Assembly: GCA_951406725.2 (NCBI GenBank)
Contig: OX597816.1
Coordinates: forward strand, 84,630,001-84,694,000
From: Octopus vulgaris
Lineage: Eukaryota
DNA length: 64,000 nt
Reading direction: 5' to 3'
The stretch's first letter is position 1; each line of letters begins with the position of its first letter. Below the pieces are notes generated by a model that worked only from the letters and a program-made list of their open reading frames with translations, had not been told where the DNA came from and did no database searches. Below, piece after piece: positions 27,707-43,155 of the stretch. The translations under genes and the position numbers were made by a program.

Positions 27707-29384
27707 GCACGCACACAAATAATACCAACCGCACAACACATAGAACATGAAGACCACCCAATGAAATGACATGACTCACATTGTACACACTTTACACAAC
27801 AGACAGAAAAACACAAAATAACATCAGAAACATCATCTATCATGGCAAAGAAATAATGATGCAGTCCACATACAAACAACAATTAAACAGTCTCAAAAGA
27901 AAAAAAAACAAAAACATCAGAAATACGGTTCTACACTGACTGATGTAAAAGAAAAATTACATAAAGTTTCAAAACACAAAGTGAAATAATAATTCTTTCT
28001 AATTTTAACATGAGGCCAGCAATATTTCACTGACTATCCCCGCCCCCACTCCAGTACTCAACTGGTATTATTTTATAGGCCCTGAAAAGATGTAAGGCAA
28101 AATCGACTTGGGTGGAATTTGAACTCAGAATGTAGGAAGATGGAAGAAACACCAGTAAGCATTTTGATGGACGTAGTAATTAATCTGTCAGCTCGATCCC
28201 ATCTTGGTTTCCAGGAATTTTGGAGGAGAGGATTAGTCAATTAAATTGATCCCAAAATTTAGCTGGTATTTATTTTATCGACCCTGAAAGGATGAAAGAC
28301 AAAGCTGACCCCAAGAGAATTTTAACTCGGAAGAGTCAGAAGAAATAATGCTTAGCATTTTATTTGACAAACAATAATGGAAAATAATGATAATGGTTTC
28401 TGGAAAGAGAAAAACACAAGGTTACCACAAATTCATAGGGACGGGGGAAGGGTAGAGTTGATTAAATTAAACCATAAGTATAAAAGATATTTTAATACAA
28501 GACTAGGAAGGATAAGTGACAAGGTCAACCTCAGCAAAGATTCAAATTGTAATGATAACACAACAAAAACATTGGGAAAAGAGATGTTCAGTCCAAAAAT
28601 GACAGAAACAGCAGAACAGGTTCATAGATAGGGCATGGCCTCAAGATAGAATCTCTCAAAAATAAACATAAGTTTCTCAGAATAGTTTCTGTTTTGTCTT
28701 GGATGACAGCCATTCAATAGTTCACTGATTCCTAATTGTTTTAGGCATTGGTGATAATGGTGGTGGTGGTGCTGGTGAGGAAATGCAGTGAAGAGAATGA
28801 AAGTAGGGAGTTGGTGTTACTATTCCAAAAGAAAATCTTAATAATCTGCGTATATATTTATATACAAACATACACACAAATACACTAACACATAGACTAA
28901 TACATACACACACTTAAAAACATGTATGTACATTGGTGTATACAAACACATACACACATCTATCTATCAACCTATCTGTCTCTATATATACATATACACA
29001 TGCACACACACAAACACACATATGAACATATATAAATGCACACATTCACATATGCATGTAAGCATTACTCACTTTGCAATGTTTTTACATTAACTACAAT
29101 TAAAGGAGAAACTAAGGTAAAGTTTACAAATGTTATTGTCAAGGACATGGCACAAGTATATCTCAAAACCCAGTTTTCAGGGACACCAAAATTAGAAAGC
29201 ATATAGTTATTTCCAACTTGTATGTATCCATTTATATGTCTACATGTATATGTATATATGAATAATCATATATTTGTGTATATGCACATATGTATTTGTA
29301 TATATAGGTACATGTTGTTTGTATTTATCTGATGCTATCTTCTTGTCGTTATGCATATGTATGTGTTTGTGCATATATATATTT

Positions 29385-29430
<46 letters not shown>

Positions 29431-29504
29431 GTGTTTGTATCTATATGTATTTATAGATATCGATATGTATTTATGTGTATATGTTTGTATATATGAATGT
29501 GTGG

Positions 29505-29550
<46 letters not shown>

Positions 29551-29683
29551 TTGTATATGCATGTATATGTATGTGTACAAGTATGTCTACGGAAGTCTCT
29601 ATATTCATATGTATGTATATCATTTATTGTTAATGCAGGTATATGCGTACATATGTGTATAAGTGTATTTGTGTGCATATCTG

Positions 29684-29726
<43 letters not shown>

Positions 29727-29728
<2 letters not shown>

Positions 29729-30022
29729 CTCGTGGCCGATGCCAGCGCCGCCTCGACTGGCTTCCGGGCCGGTGGCACGTAAAATGCACCAATCCGACCG
29801 TGGCCGTTGCCAGCCTCGCCTGGCACCTGTGCAGGTGGCACGTAAAAGCACCCACTACACTCACGGAGTGGTTGGCGTTAGGAAGGGCATCCAGCTGTAG
29901 AAACATTGCCAGATAAGACTGGAGCCTGGTGCAGCCTTCTGGCTTCCCAGATCCCCGGTCGAACCGTCCAACCCATGCTAGCATGGAGAACGGACGTTAA
30001 ACAATGATGATGATGATGATGA
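29727..30022 (+). mobile_element. SINE/LINE-tail repeat family D ending in (GAT)n
   Basis: gttggcgttaggaagggcatccagctgtagaaac...cccatgctagcatggagaacggacgttaaac(gat)n; further copies at ~23390, 35480, 38955, 45130, 50585, 61020 and 62045. Confidence 0.85.
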
Positions 30023-31971
30023 TATATATATGCATGTATATGTATGCATTTATATGTGTATATATATGTATTTGTATGTATGTGTTTTTGAATATGTGAA
30101 GATATATGTATGTGTATGTGTGTATATGTATATATATTTATATACACATATATATAAGTGTATGTGTACGTATATGTATGTATGTGCATACACACATACA
30201 TATGTACACACATACATATGTATATATGTATGAGTGTATGTGTGAATATATATGTATATCTAAGTTTTGTCATCTTAATCTATATTATAATATTGAATTT
30301 GGAAAATTAATTGTTAGTGGATTAATTCAGAATTTGACTCCTTTCAATGCTATTCCTGTAGTTACTGTTATATACATCATTATATTAGTATTAATATTAA
30401 TTACATATCACAAATAAGATGTCTTCATTATACTAAATGAATATATGTATAAATACATTAATTTAATTTATTAATTAATTGATGATAGTTATAATAATGA
30501 TAATAACAGATAAATAGTTTTATTTGACTTAATAAATAATTTTAAAAACCAAAATAATTATTATAGTATTGTATAGTTTACAACTTGTATTCAAATTACA
30601 ACATTATTATTTTGGTATTCTGAAAGAATTATTAAAATTTGCATATATACTGTTTATAGTCATTTAATTTTAAAATAACAATATTAGTTTTTTTATCGTG
30701 AACAATCCTTAATACTTGTTCTGTTTATTTACTTAATTTTTACTTACTTACAGAGTTCTCCCTTCCATAATATACAAATAATAATCCTTATTTAAGTAAC
30801 TTCAAATCCAGTTACTTCTAAAAAGTTAGTAATATGTTGATATCCATTATTATAGCCTAACTCTATATCTGTGAGGTATTTAGGTTATAGTGTTTACAGC
30901 CATAAGTATATCTTCGTATTTATTATGGCATTCTCCCAATGATAAATTAAGTAAACAAAGAAAATGATTTTTAATAGGTTTGTATTCATATTTTTATGGA
31001 ATTACCCCTCTGATAAACAATAATTACAGAACATTCCAATTTGTTACTTTAAACAATATTTTTTCATAACAATAACTTTAAATAAATAGAAGAGTTATAT
31101 AATTGAATAGTTAACGCTCACGCTTATGATAAATAGGCATTTGGATTAATCTTTTACAATCTAGCCATCCTTTTACAAGAAATTTTGTCTATCTTTAGAC
31201 TCTGGTTCTGATGAGACATATATATATATGGAAATTGTTTATATATCAAAAAATATATATAAGTTGAAATAAATTGTTGGCCTTTTGATGTTTTAATAAT
31301 TGTTTATATTATATTCATAGTATATTATAATATAAATAAATTACTGGATTGTCAATTATATCTCTCTATTTAATTTTATTTTTGTAATTTGCATTATACT
31401 CATATTTACATGATATTCAACTGACGTATATATATGGATAAATTAAGAAATGGAGTCAATTGCAGGTGTTATTCAAATCATTTATACTTCAAGCATATGT
31501 TTTGAAAAACATATTGAGATTATTCTGGAGGGAATAAAAATGATGTAAAACAATGCAATCATCTTGTCAGGGGGGGAAAAAAAAGGAACAAAACACATCA
31601 ATAAGCCATTTTAACCAAATGTGATTACCGCGTCTGTAAGTATATAATGTAAAGAGAACATTAGGAAGTTATTTTTTTTTAAATCATAAATAGATTAAAC
31701 GTCAAAGGTAAATTAGAGAAAGAGAAGGAGGAAAAAGAAAGGAATTAGCGGAAAATTAAGAGTGGAAAAAATATCTGATAGATGAATGAGAATAAAGTTT
31801 AAAAGTGGGGTAATAGATATATGTAGTGGAAATTAAATGTAAGAAGACAGACAAATATAAAATAAACAAAGATAAAAATAATATAAGATAAATGTCCACC
31901 AACTAAAAAAGTTTCATCAGACAATTAAAATATTTTTAACAATTTTTTTAAAAATCAAAAAAAAAAAAATA

Positions 31972-33400
31972 TTTGAAAAACTTTTATACTTCCCTCACAA
32001 ATACGTCCAAAGTTCATAAGTAAACAGACTTCCACAGGTCAAATTCACATACATGTTGAAAAAAGTCTTTTACTTCCCTCACACAAGTACATCCAAATGT
32101 TCATAACAAACAGACTCCACATGTCAAATTCAACATTCACATATATCTAAGGCCAATTCAGGAGCTCACCACCGCAGTTCATTTACACTAAAGTGCAACA
32201 TGGCGATGACCCCCTCATCAACATAAACAGGACACATGCACAGATCAAAACTGATTCTGTATTGCCCACTAGGGGCCAATGAAGAGGGGACATAAAACAT
32301 ATAAAACAAAACAAGAACGTATGATATAATGCATGAAAAATGATATATGGAAATGGGCTACCTGCCCCACCTTAGGTAGTGTCACTGACATCCTTCATTC
32401 CTTCGTACACCAGCATACCCATGCCCTATTTTTTAAGTAGTTTGTCATATTTCATATTATCTGATACCACTTCTATGTTACAGTTAATTTTCCAACATGA
32501 ATAATCACTCTGGTATTCGTGTAATTCCTTCAATCTATCCTTAGGCACTACAAAACTTTCATACCATGGATTTCCTTCTGAGTTCACTTGTTTTATGTCC
32601 TTCCACTTTGCTATTTTACTGAACAAGTCTGTATTAACTTCGTCGTACATTATAATTCTATAACAATTGGTAGGGGAGGTTTGTGATTTCGTGTGCATCT
32701 GTACTTCTTTTTCCTTTTTATTTTTTGTCGGGAAGGAATGGGTGTGTTTGGTGTCTGCCAGGAGAGGGTTGGGCTGAGAGGTTATGTGTGGGATGGATGT
32801 GGATTGGGGTTCCTGTTGATCTTAACTTCTTTTTTTCCTCTTTCTCAGTTTCACCACCTTCCACGTTTCTTCCTCCTTCTCTGCTATTTCTTCCATCTTC
32901 TTCGGTTCCTTTTGATCTTCCTCCTGACTTTCTTTCTTTTTCTCAGGGCAATTTGCTCTGATGCGGCCATTTTGGCCACATTTGAAGCAGCAAGGGATTT
33001 TACCCTTCACCCATACTCTTAATACCGCTTTACCTATAGTTATTGTCTCTACCATCTTTTGTAAATATTCAGTAGTTCTCTGAATTATAACTTCAAGAGT
33101 CTTACCTTGCCAGTTCTTAGCCTCTCTCACTATGGCCTGGATGACTGTTACTTCCTCTTCACTTCTCAGAAGCACTGCTACCGCCACCCAAGCTACGTCT
33201 ATTTCCAGTGGGTACATTGGTAGGAGGACCACTGTCCGTCTTCAGGGGTGTCATCGTGTGTTCCCTTGCCTTGTCCATACTTCTAAAATGAACGTTTACA
33301 GATCCAAAACGGTTTCCTCTGATGAGATAAGTTATATCTTGCCAAATTGGATGGCTTTAGCACTATGATTTGATTCCTGGCCTTGGTCTTCCAATGCCTT
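31972..33400 (-). mobile_element. L1/Tx1-like ORF1 (gag-like, zinc knuckle) retroelement remnant
   Basis: RGNRFGSVNVHF..., VLLPMY..., KIPCCFKCGQNGRIRANC (CX2CX4HX4C with H>R), acidic/basic tail WKVVKLRKRKK; frameshifted. Confidence 0.75.
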
Positions 33401-34719
33401 ATATGTTGCCTATATACAAATGCATACACACACACACACCCATCACACCCACATCTGGAACAATATTGTCTTGCCTAGGTTTAAGGCATACTGTGTTTTT
33501 AAGCACAATATCTCTTTAAAGGGATGAAGTACTGTGGCTTCACAGCATTTAACAATGCACATACATTAAAAATGTCATATTGACAATGGTTATAGATAGA
33601 TTTGATGAGTGAGGGTTGACTGGGAGCTAAATGATAAATATGCACAAATACACACACACACACGCACACACATAATATTAGTAATAGTATGGCAGCATGC
33701 ACTATAATGGCATGTTGCTGCATCCACCATTAGTGCTTCCCTACTCCATACTTTGAGGAATTAAAAGTTGTCATGGTCAGTAATATGACACTAACACATC
33801 CAAGGATCTGGACAAAAGATCCTGTAAACAACTGTAAACAACAACAACAATTATCATGGTACCACAGGTAAGGAAGGAAGCTGGCAGAATTGTTAGCAAG
33901 CTGGATGAAATTCATAGTGGCAGTTTGTCTTTATGTTTGAGTTCAAATTCTGCCAAGGTCAACTTTGCTTATCCTTTTGGGTTCAATGTAACCGACTAAC
34001 CCCTCCTCCAAAATTTCAAGCCCTGTGCATGTAGTAGAAAGGATTATGTTACCCTAGTCATCCACCCGCACCTTTATATTTGTGTATATTTTCAATCATC
34101 TCTTTCAAAATTTCCAATTTTTTTTATTTTCTTTCCACATTGATGATTTTGACGAAGTTTCTGTGATGCTATTCTCAAATCAGTCAATAAATCAATCAAT
34201 GAATCTCTTTCTCTCTCTTGACCCAACTACCCTCCTATCCCTCCCTCCCTTCCTTCCATACTTCCCTGTCCACCACCCTCCTTACCTGTCGATCTATTGA
34301 CACAAAACCACATGGCAATATGCCAATCAGAATCTCCACACATTTGTGTAACACTTAATTCCTTTTTCCTTCTACCTTCACATCATCTTTGTAGCCAGTT
34401 ATCTCCTTGGTTACATCTCTATCCACTTACCTATATATATATATATATATTACCCACTCCATATTATCTCCTTAGTTAACCCATCTGTCTACCTACTTAA
34501 CTATGAAGCTATCTACAAAATCATCTATCCACTCTCTCTCTCTCTATATATGTGTGTGTGTGTGTATATATGTATGCGTGTGTGTGTGTGTGTGTGTGTC
34601 ACCTAGTCATCTGCATACCTACTTATGAGAGAATTCATCAATCATTCCTTGTATGAAAATTTAACCTGTTGTCTCCCTTCAAAACCATCTATCTATCCAG
34701 TCATTAATTTCTCAACCAA

Positions 34720-35110
34720 ACAAGTCATCCACTCAAACATAACCAACCAACAAACCAGCCAGCCTACCAAGCAAGGGAGCAAGCAGCCAAGGAACCAATC
34801 AGCCTGCCAACCAGCCAGCCTAGCTAGCAAGCATCCATCTGGCCAAGCAAGCAGGCAACCAACCAACCAATGACACAATCACTCAACCAGCCAGCCAGCC
34901 AGCTAATTAACCAACCAATCACCACACACCCAGCTAACTAATCAATCAGACAACCAAATAGCCATCCAACCAACCAACCAGCCAGCCAGCCAGCTAACTA
35001 ACCAACCAATCACCACACACCCAGCTAACTAATCAATCAGCCAACCAAATAGCCATCCAACCAACCAACCAACCAACCAGCCAGCCAAGCAAAAACCCAA
35101 CACCCAAGCA
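34720..35110. repeat. (CCAA)n/(CCAG)n microsatellite with a ~90-bp higher-order tandem duplication
   Basis: Unit gccagccagctaa.taaccaaccaatcaccacacacccagctaactaatcaatcag..aaatagccatccaac occurs twice (~34890 and ~34980). Confidence 0.85.
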
Positions 35111-35980
35111 ACCAAACATCTAACCACTCAACCAAGAAACCAGACCAATTACCCAGTTATTCACTCACAAATTACTTCATTTCTTGTTGCTCTGCAACAG
35201 AAAATGAAGTAATTTGCTCAAGGACATAACTCACTGCCTAGTCCAGGAATTGAAACCACAGTCTTGCGATTGTCAGTGTAACACTCTAGCCATGTTCACA
35301 CACACACACACACACACACACACAGGGTGTGTATGTATTTGAGTGTTTTTCTTTCATGTTTTGCAATAAAGCTTTGAGTTATAAATTGGTGATAGCTGTT
35401 TGACATTTCCAATAAAAAGCTTTCAAAGAGTTCTACATTTTTGTGAATAAAAGGGAAAAGAACAAACAACCTTTTCTTGGAAGAAAGGTAAGAGTTACCA
35501 GAAGAAAGGGCATCCAGCTATAAAATAATACTTCAATAGTAGGCATTCCACTAACCCATGCTGGCATAGAAAAACGGACATAAAGCACAAAATCAACAAA
35601 ACACACACACACATACACATAAGCATATTCATCTAAATAGAAATGTAGCTTACCTCCCCCACTATTCAAACATTCATCCTACTCACCACCTTCCCTCTTC
35701 TAATGTCAGTCAGTCAGTCAGTCAGTGAAACTGTCTTCTCTAAAACAAATAAGACGCCTTCTTCCTCCAACATCACACAAATCAGAAAAATGATTTTAAC
35801 AGCCGCCATATTTCTGGTTTAACAATGACTTAAAAAACACCAAGAGTCCGACCCCAGCCAGCACACTTACCGCATACATTCATCCAGCACTTTGCAGTCA
35901 ACCTTCTCGTACATGTATTTTCGTTTTTCACATACACACAGAATCACATCCGCAAAATGAATTATATGAAATGAATATAT

Positions 35981-36021
<41 letters not shown>

Positions 36022-36175
36022 CACATACGTATGCATGTTTATATGTATACATACACACATATACATGTATGTATATACACTTATGCACATGTATATATAT
36101 ATGCATACATACATACATACATTCATATAGACACACACAAAACATTTGTGTGTGTCTATATATTTATGTATGCAT

Positions 36176-36242
<67 letters not shown>

Positions 36243-36987
36243 AATGCATATATATATATGTATGTATATAAGTATATATATATATATATATATATATATG
36301 CATATATATGCATATATATATGTATGTATATATGTATATATATATGTATCTATGTGTATGAATATATATATATATATATGTGTGTGTGTGTATGAATATA
36401 TATATATACATACATACATACACACATATGTATATATGTACACATACACACACTGTATATAAATATATGTATGTGTGTATACATGTGTGCATGCGTTTGT
36501 TGCTCAACGTTTTTATGTATACACAAACAAAAAAAAAAAAAAATGGAAGAAAACTTTTGCTGGAATAGATAGATATTAGAAATATTAATGTTTTTACAAG
36601 TTGTAAAGGATTAATAAAAAGAAAGAAAACAATATCATTGAGGAAAACAAGAAGACCAAAAAATGAAAAAAAAAATTCAATACAAAATATGGAAGACCAG
36701 TTTCGCAATAAATTGTAATCACTTCTGTATTTTTGTTAAATCTTTTTCACACAGTGAGATTGATTGTTGTTGTTGTTTTTGTTTTCTCGTTTATATTACA
36801 TTTTCATTTTGTTGTTTACGATTGCTATTGTAGTTGAAGTTTTTGCATTTCCATGAAATCAGTCAAGATATGGCAGGTAGCGTTCCATCATAAATAGTAG
36901 CTTAGCTTATTCTGAAAAAGATGCGTTTATGTTGTTTTTCTTTGTCTGTCTGTTTGTCTCTTTCATTTCCCTCGCTTTTCTTCACTC

Positions 36988-37032
<45 letters not shown>

Positions 37033-39390
37033 TCTTTCACCCTCAACTGTGTGGCTCTGGATTCAGTCTGACTGTGCGTCACTTTGAGCAAATATGCCTT
37101 TTATTATAGCCCCAGGCCAACCAAAACCTTTCTGTGGGTTGCTAGTATGTCATTGTAGGAAATTAATTTAAGTGTATAAGATAAATATGTGTGTGAGGAG
37201 AGAGGACTAGAGGGAGAAGAGGACGAGAGAGAGAGAGGAGAAGAGGACGCAAAAGAGAGAGAGGAAGAAGAGGGTGCGAGAGAAAGAGGGGAAGAAGAGG
37301 ATGAGAGGGAGAGAGAGAGAGAATTGACAGAATTGTCAAGATGGATAAACTGCTTTACAGTATTCATTTCAGTGAACTGGGTTGTGAGTTCAAGTCCCAC
37401 TGAGCCAAGTCCTTTGATCAGAATGTATAGAACTAGGGCTGAATCTTTTCACTCCCCCTTGCCCATACCTCACTCTAAGAAATTAACTGTGATGAGACCA
37501 ACCAAAATCAAAAATATGCAAGTCATGTCATATATATATTAGGAGAACACCCCTATGAGGAGTTGAGGGCTGAAAGTATAAAAAGGAATCATCATGCAGT
37601 ATTCACTTTATGTTTCACCCTTCTAGGGTCAATAAAGAGAGTGCCAGTTCAGGGTGACAGACTGACAAAACTGTTATTGCATTTGATGGGTTGTCTTGTG
37701 GTATCTGTTCTGGCTTTGTGCATCCTGAGTCAAAATTCTGTCTCTTGTCATCAGAAATGGTAACACTTCTTTCAAGAGCTGACAACCTGGCTAAGAAGAG
37801 AGCAAGCCTTAAATAACAACTGCCTCCAGCAGGCTGGTAACTCATGAGGCGTAATGCCACAAAGTCGACACAAGAAATGGCAGCTAACCAGAATAAATGG
37901 GAAAAGTTTTCAAGTGTGGATAGGCAGTTTGAAAAATTAATGGAGAAGCAAAACAAAACCAAGTAAAAGTTAAATAAAATACTATGCAAGCAATGTGTGA
38001 TACATAAAACTAAAATGAAAAAAATATCAGTTATGCATAAATTGAAATGCTATATAAATTATCTTTGCACAGGGTACATAACAATAGTATGTCTTTTGCT
38101 ATATGAGAGAATAGTGCAAAATACATTAAAATTTCATACTGATGATAGATGTGGGAGAAAAGAATTCCTTTTGTTTCCATTATAATAACTGTTTGGTTAA
38201 CATATTAGGTCAGCTATTTCTTCTGATTAAATAAGAGAATTTGAAATGGGGTTTACATCAAATGTAGCCTTACACCTATTTTACTGTTTCACATCTATTT
38301 TTCCATTCTAGCGTGAGTGGGATGGGGAGGGGGTTTGATTTTTGCATGTAGCTGGAGCAAAAGACATTTTTATTTTTCATAGATGGCTGACTTTCTTCAA
38401 CATACCAACTCAAACAACCATAAATGACTATTCTACTCTCTTTAGTTTAAATGTTCTTTTCATTCCTCTTACCTGGTCATTCAACCCCCCACCCTTAATT
38501 TTCAACTGTTCTCTCTCTCATTTCATTCTTCCTTTTGTTTCCATCTGCCCTCACTTCTGCCTTCTGTTCTCATTTTTGCAGCTTCCAACAATGCTTCTAA
38601 TGTTTCGTAAGTAAACTAACATACCTCCTTAAATAATTCTGAGATACCATCCATATTCCTGATAAACAATAGGCTTCAGAGTCTCTGCTTATTGAATATA
38701 TGAAGCGTTAAAAAATTTCAAGTAGTAAAAAATATGCAGTAAGAATATAAAATAATAGTAGATAACTTGAGCAAGTCAGGGCAATATCTGAATGATGGAG
38801 ATAAAAGTAACACAAAATATGTCCAGTTATCTCCCATACTTGGTGGTAAAGGTAAAAACTTAATATTAACCATCAAATAATATTTTATTTGTTCTTATGG
38901 TACATTTTATTCTAGTTCAGCTTTTTAATGCCCCATGCAGTAAATGTGCTGACATCACTATCATCTTCAGTTTAACGTCCACTTTTCCATGCCTGCTTGG
39001 CTGGGTGACAGGATTTGTTGAGGCAGATTTTCTATGGACAAATGCCCTTCCAGTTGCCAGTCCTCACCTGTTTCCACACAGTGTAATATTTCTCCATGGT
39101 TGGACATGTTTCCACAGAAGACTAGAAACGAAGGCTACTGATTCATGATGGTGATTTTCATTTATAACTTGCATGATGTCAAGACAATGAGATGCAAAAA
39201 CACACACATATGCATGCATGTGTGTGTGTCTATTCCATCTACCAAGGCCACTCACAAGGCTTTATTTAATCTGGAGCTATACTAGAAGATATTTGCTTAA
39301 GGTGCCACAAAGTGGGACTGAACCAGAAACTCCACGGATAGGAAGCAGTCTTCTTAACCATAGGGCCAGCAATATTCTAAATGCATACAT

Positions 39391-39600
39391 AAGGCAGCAA
39401 ACTGGCAGAAGTGTTAGCATGCCAGGTGAATTGCTGAGTGGCATTTCATCTAACTTCACATTCTGAGTTCAAATTCCGCTGAAGGCCACTTTGCCTGTCA
39501 TCCTTTTGGGGTCGATAAAATAAATACCAATTGAGTACTGGGGTCAATGCAATCGACTTACCCCCTCCCCGAAATTTCTGGCCTTGTACCTTTTTCATAA
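39391..39600 (+). mobile_element. SINE family B copy, CpG-decayed
   Basis: Homologous to 2737-2967; degenerate flanking duplication caatatt.taaatg.ata. Confidence 0.85.
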
Positions 39601-41636
39601 ATCAATATTTTAAATGTATATCATGTGCATGATATCTTATTTAATTTCTACACAACTAGATTTTACAACATCAATAAACTTACATTTCTGTATATTTACT
39701 TTCATATTTTACAGTGACTTTATATACATCTTTGATGATGCCAAAATATGAGAGAAACATGTCAATCAGTCATCTTGGGAAATAGAGAAACTAATACCAT
39801 TAGTTATGTTATTTTCTCAATCCATGTTCTATTCTACTTGAATCAAAAATGGTAAAAGCATTGCTAAAATACAAAATTTATTCATCATCTTTTTGTTTGT
39901 TTTACATCAATTTTTTGATTCTTGCTGACACAACCTTCAGTCCTAATGATTATATTTTTACCATAATAGTGTGTTATTTCTATATTTTGGTGCATCTGGT
40001 GCATAGTAAACTTTATTTTCTTCCAAGGCCATCCTGCTCACTTTGGGAATATTGTGTTCTAGAATGAACTTCCATATTATGTTTATTCACATTTTTCAGA
40101 TGGTGAGGATTGGTTTGTAGAAATATTTTGGCTCTTATTGAAAACAAGTTAAGCAATCAAAGGGCTAAGTCGTTCGGTTTGCCTTTGTTAAAGACAGTAA
40201 TGTTGCTGCCATACCAAACATCGGGAACAGCAACATCCTGTACAATGTACCAATGAAGGTGCTCCATATGTCATTGTGAAACCTGCTAAAAATAGCAATC
40301 AAATTATACTGTGTTAAATAAAGGAATAACACATTGGATAACATAAACCTTGATACATTACTGTCTGAAAACTATAAAAAGCAAAGGTGGGGGAAACGAC
40401 AAGATGATGATGATGTGGTGAATACCTTAGATCTGATCATAGGTCAGCTCAATGCAATGGAGCAAGGGCTATACAACAAATATTTCCTCTACCATTTTCA
40501 TAGCAGATAAAACAAAAAAAACAACTTATGTCTAGAAATTGAGACTGGGGGTAAGCAAGGGCATGCTCCCCGTAGAAAATCCAGCTCCCAAAAAAGCCTC
40601 ATGATAGCAAAGGAGAATGGGCATGAGCCAGCCCAAAGTTTGGGGTGGGATGCACCTGCCTACCTCAGTTGCTATGGCTCTGAGGTAGATCCGGCCACCC
40701 CTGTTAACTGAGACAAAACCTGAATTTAAAACACTGGATGATGATGTTGATAGATGTGGGAACATTTATGAAATGCGAAATCCTTAAAAGCACTTGTGCT
40801 TAAAATTAATTTATGGGTGTTTGAGGAAAGGGGTGTGTGTGAGACTTTGTAGTTTGTCATATTTATAAAGACTTTCTGCTTTGTTAACGAGGTTCAGTTA
40901 TTTAAAATTAATGAACAATCTAACAAACTCAGGTGAGTCTTGTTTGTGTTTCAGTAAGCTTTGGGAAGGTCAATTTCTGAGACTTGAAATTTAGGTGGTT
41001 TTGTTATTTCTAGTAAGGAAGTCCTGCCCTCAATGATTTTCAGTTCTGTGAAATAAAAAGGGCTTTTTTAAGGTGGTGTTCCATGTTTTCATTGTTTGTG
41101 AATATTAGTACAAGTGAAGGTGGAAAGGCGGCAGAATCGTTAGCATGTCGGGCAAAATGCTAAACGGCATTTCCTCCATCTTTATGTTCTGAGGTCAACT
41201 TTGCTTTTTATCATTTCAGGGTTGATAAAATAAGCACTAGTTGAGCACTTGTGCCAAACTTTGAATCCAATATTTTATTTTGTCTCAAGGCCTCCAGAAT
41301 AGGCAACATGTCAGGCAAAATGCTTAGCATACTATCTATTCTGACCTTTGTGACATTTTGTTTATCTTTATGTTCCGAGTTCAAATTCCACCCAAGGTCA
41401 ACTTTGCCTTTCATCCTTTCAGGGTCGGTAAAATAAGTACCAGCTGAGCACTGGGGTCAATGTAATTCACTTACTCCCACCCTTGGAATTGCTGACCTTG
41501 GGCCAAAATTTGAAAGCAATATTATTACAAATAGGTGAATATTCTAGAGACACTTGTACATTCATCTTATTTTTTTCAGCTGCACTCAATATGACATTGT
41601 GTTTAACAAGGTTGGGCTGTGAAATTACAGGTAAAG

Positions 41637-41957
41637 GTAAAGAGCCCCTTTGATCATGAACGACCATGAGATTACACCTAGAAAGTTACCTTCCAAGGCA
41701 TAAGTCCGGGAAGGTCGTTGATGGAAGACCAGCAGTTGCTCATGCATACCAAGCTCCCCTCTTCATGCCAGTGATGTTATCCATGGGAAAGGCAAAGGCA
41801 CCAGTGACGTTTGATTTATCCATGGCAATGGCAAAGGCACCAGTGATGTTACAACTCATTTCTCCAGCTGCATGAACTGGAGCAGCATGGTCTGGGAATT
41901 GAACTCACTACCTCATAATTGTGAGCCTGATGCTCTAACCATTGATCCATGTGCCTT
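41637..41957 (-). mobile_element. tRNA-derived SINE family E
   Basis: Reverse complement starts gaaggcacatggatcaatggttagagcatc..gagttcaattcc; caggtaaag TSD at 41628-41636 and 41958-41966; second copy at 51780-52080. Confidence 0.85.
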
Positions 41958-43078
41958 CAGGTAAAGATCATTAAATGAGCTTCCACAAAATTGCATTCTA
42001 TACAATTTCAATCACAAAACTATAACCAAAAAAGAGAGTATCTCAACCACTCAAACATGCACCCATACTGGATTTTATTTACTTTTACTTCCTTTAAAGG
42101 AAATGGATTTAACACATAATCAACCAATCAAAAAATACATAAATAAAACGATGAAAAAATTCAAAAAGGAAGCAAAATTCCAAGGACAAATGCTTTAAAC
42201 TAACAGAGTAGTGCTGTTACTCTCTATCAGGAATATATCTTCACACGTAATCACACGTCACCTAACTAACATGACTTCAAATTTGCTCACTTCATTACTA
42301 TATCAGAGGAAAGATCTATTTCAAATTTGCTGAGTTAATTAAAAACAATATGCATGCATACATACAGATACATATATATATATATCTGTATACACACATA
42401 TGAGAGAGAGAGAGAGAGAGTGAGAGAGACATACACATACACATGCACACATAAATTAATCTAAATAATGAGGCAAAAGTTTAGGGCATATATAAATACA
42501 CACACACACACACACACACACATATATTAATTAATTTAACTAATGAGCCAAAACTTTAGAATATATATATGTGTGTGTGTGTGTGTGTGAGTGCATGTAT
42601 ACACACACACACACACACACACACATATATTTATACACAAACACATATTCGAAACTAATTGCCTATTTGTTTGTAGCCTTCTAGTAGAGCATGCTAAAAG
42701 TGATTTAAAAGAAAAGAAGATGCCAACACCATACAAACAGCACACCTTACCATACCACACAACACCACACCTTATCAAGCTCACACCATACCATGCCATA
42801 CACATGGTTGGTCTAGCCACACCTGACCTCCTATTTACCATTATTAACTAACTGTATGCCAGCCAGTCAGCCAGCCAGCCAGCCTCGATTCCTGGCCCTG
42901 TACCTGGTATTTAGCCGAAACATTACACTATGTATCACAACACCTACTTATTTTTCGGTAATATTATTAAAGAAATGACAATGATGACAGTGGTAGTGGT
43001 GGTGGCGATTGTTAGGAAGTGGTATCTGAGAAAGCTGTAAAGTATAGATAGCTAGATTGATATATACATATATATCAA

Positions 43079-43155
<77 letters not shown>

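Noticed and set aside
30790-30835. EV-LDL similarity to GPN2 YTEVLDL
   Set aside because: Needs a frameshift and has no splice sites; lies in an AT-rich decayed, probably PLE-derived tract
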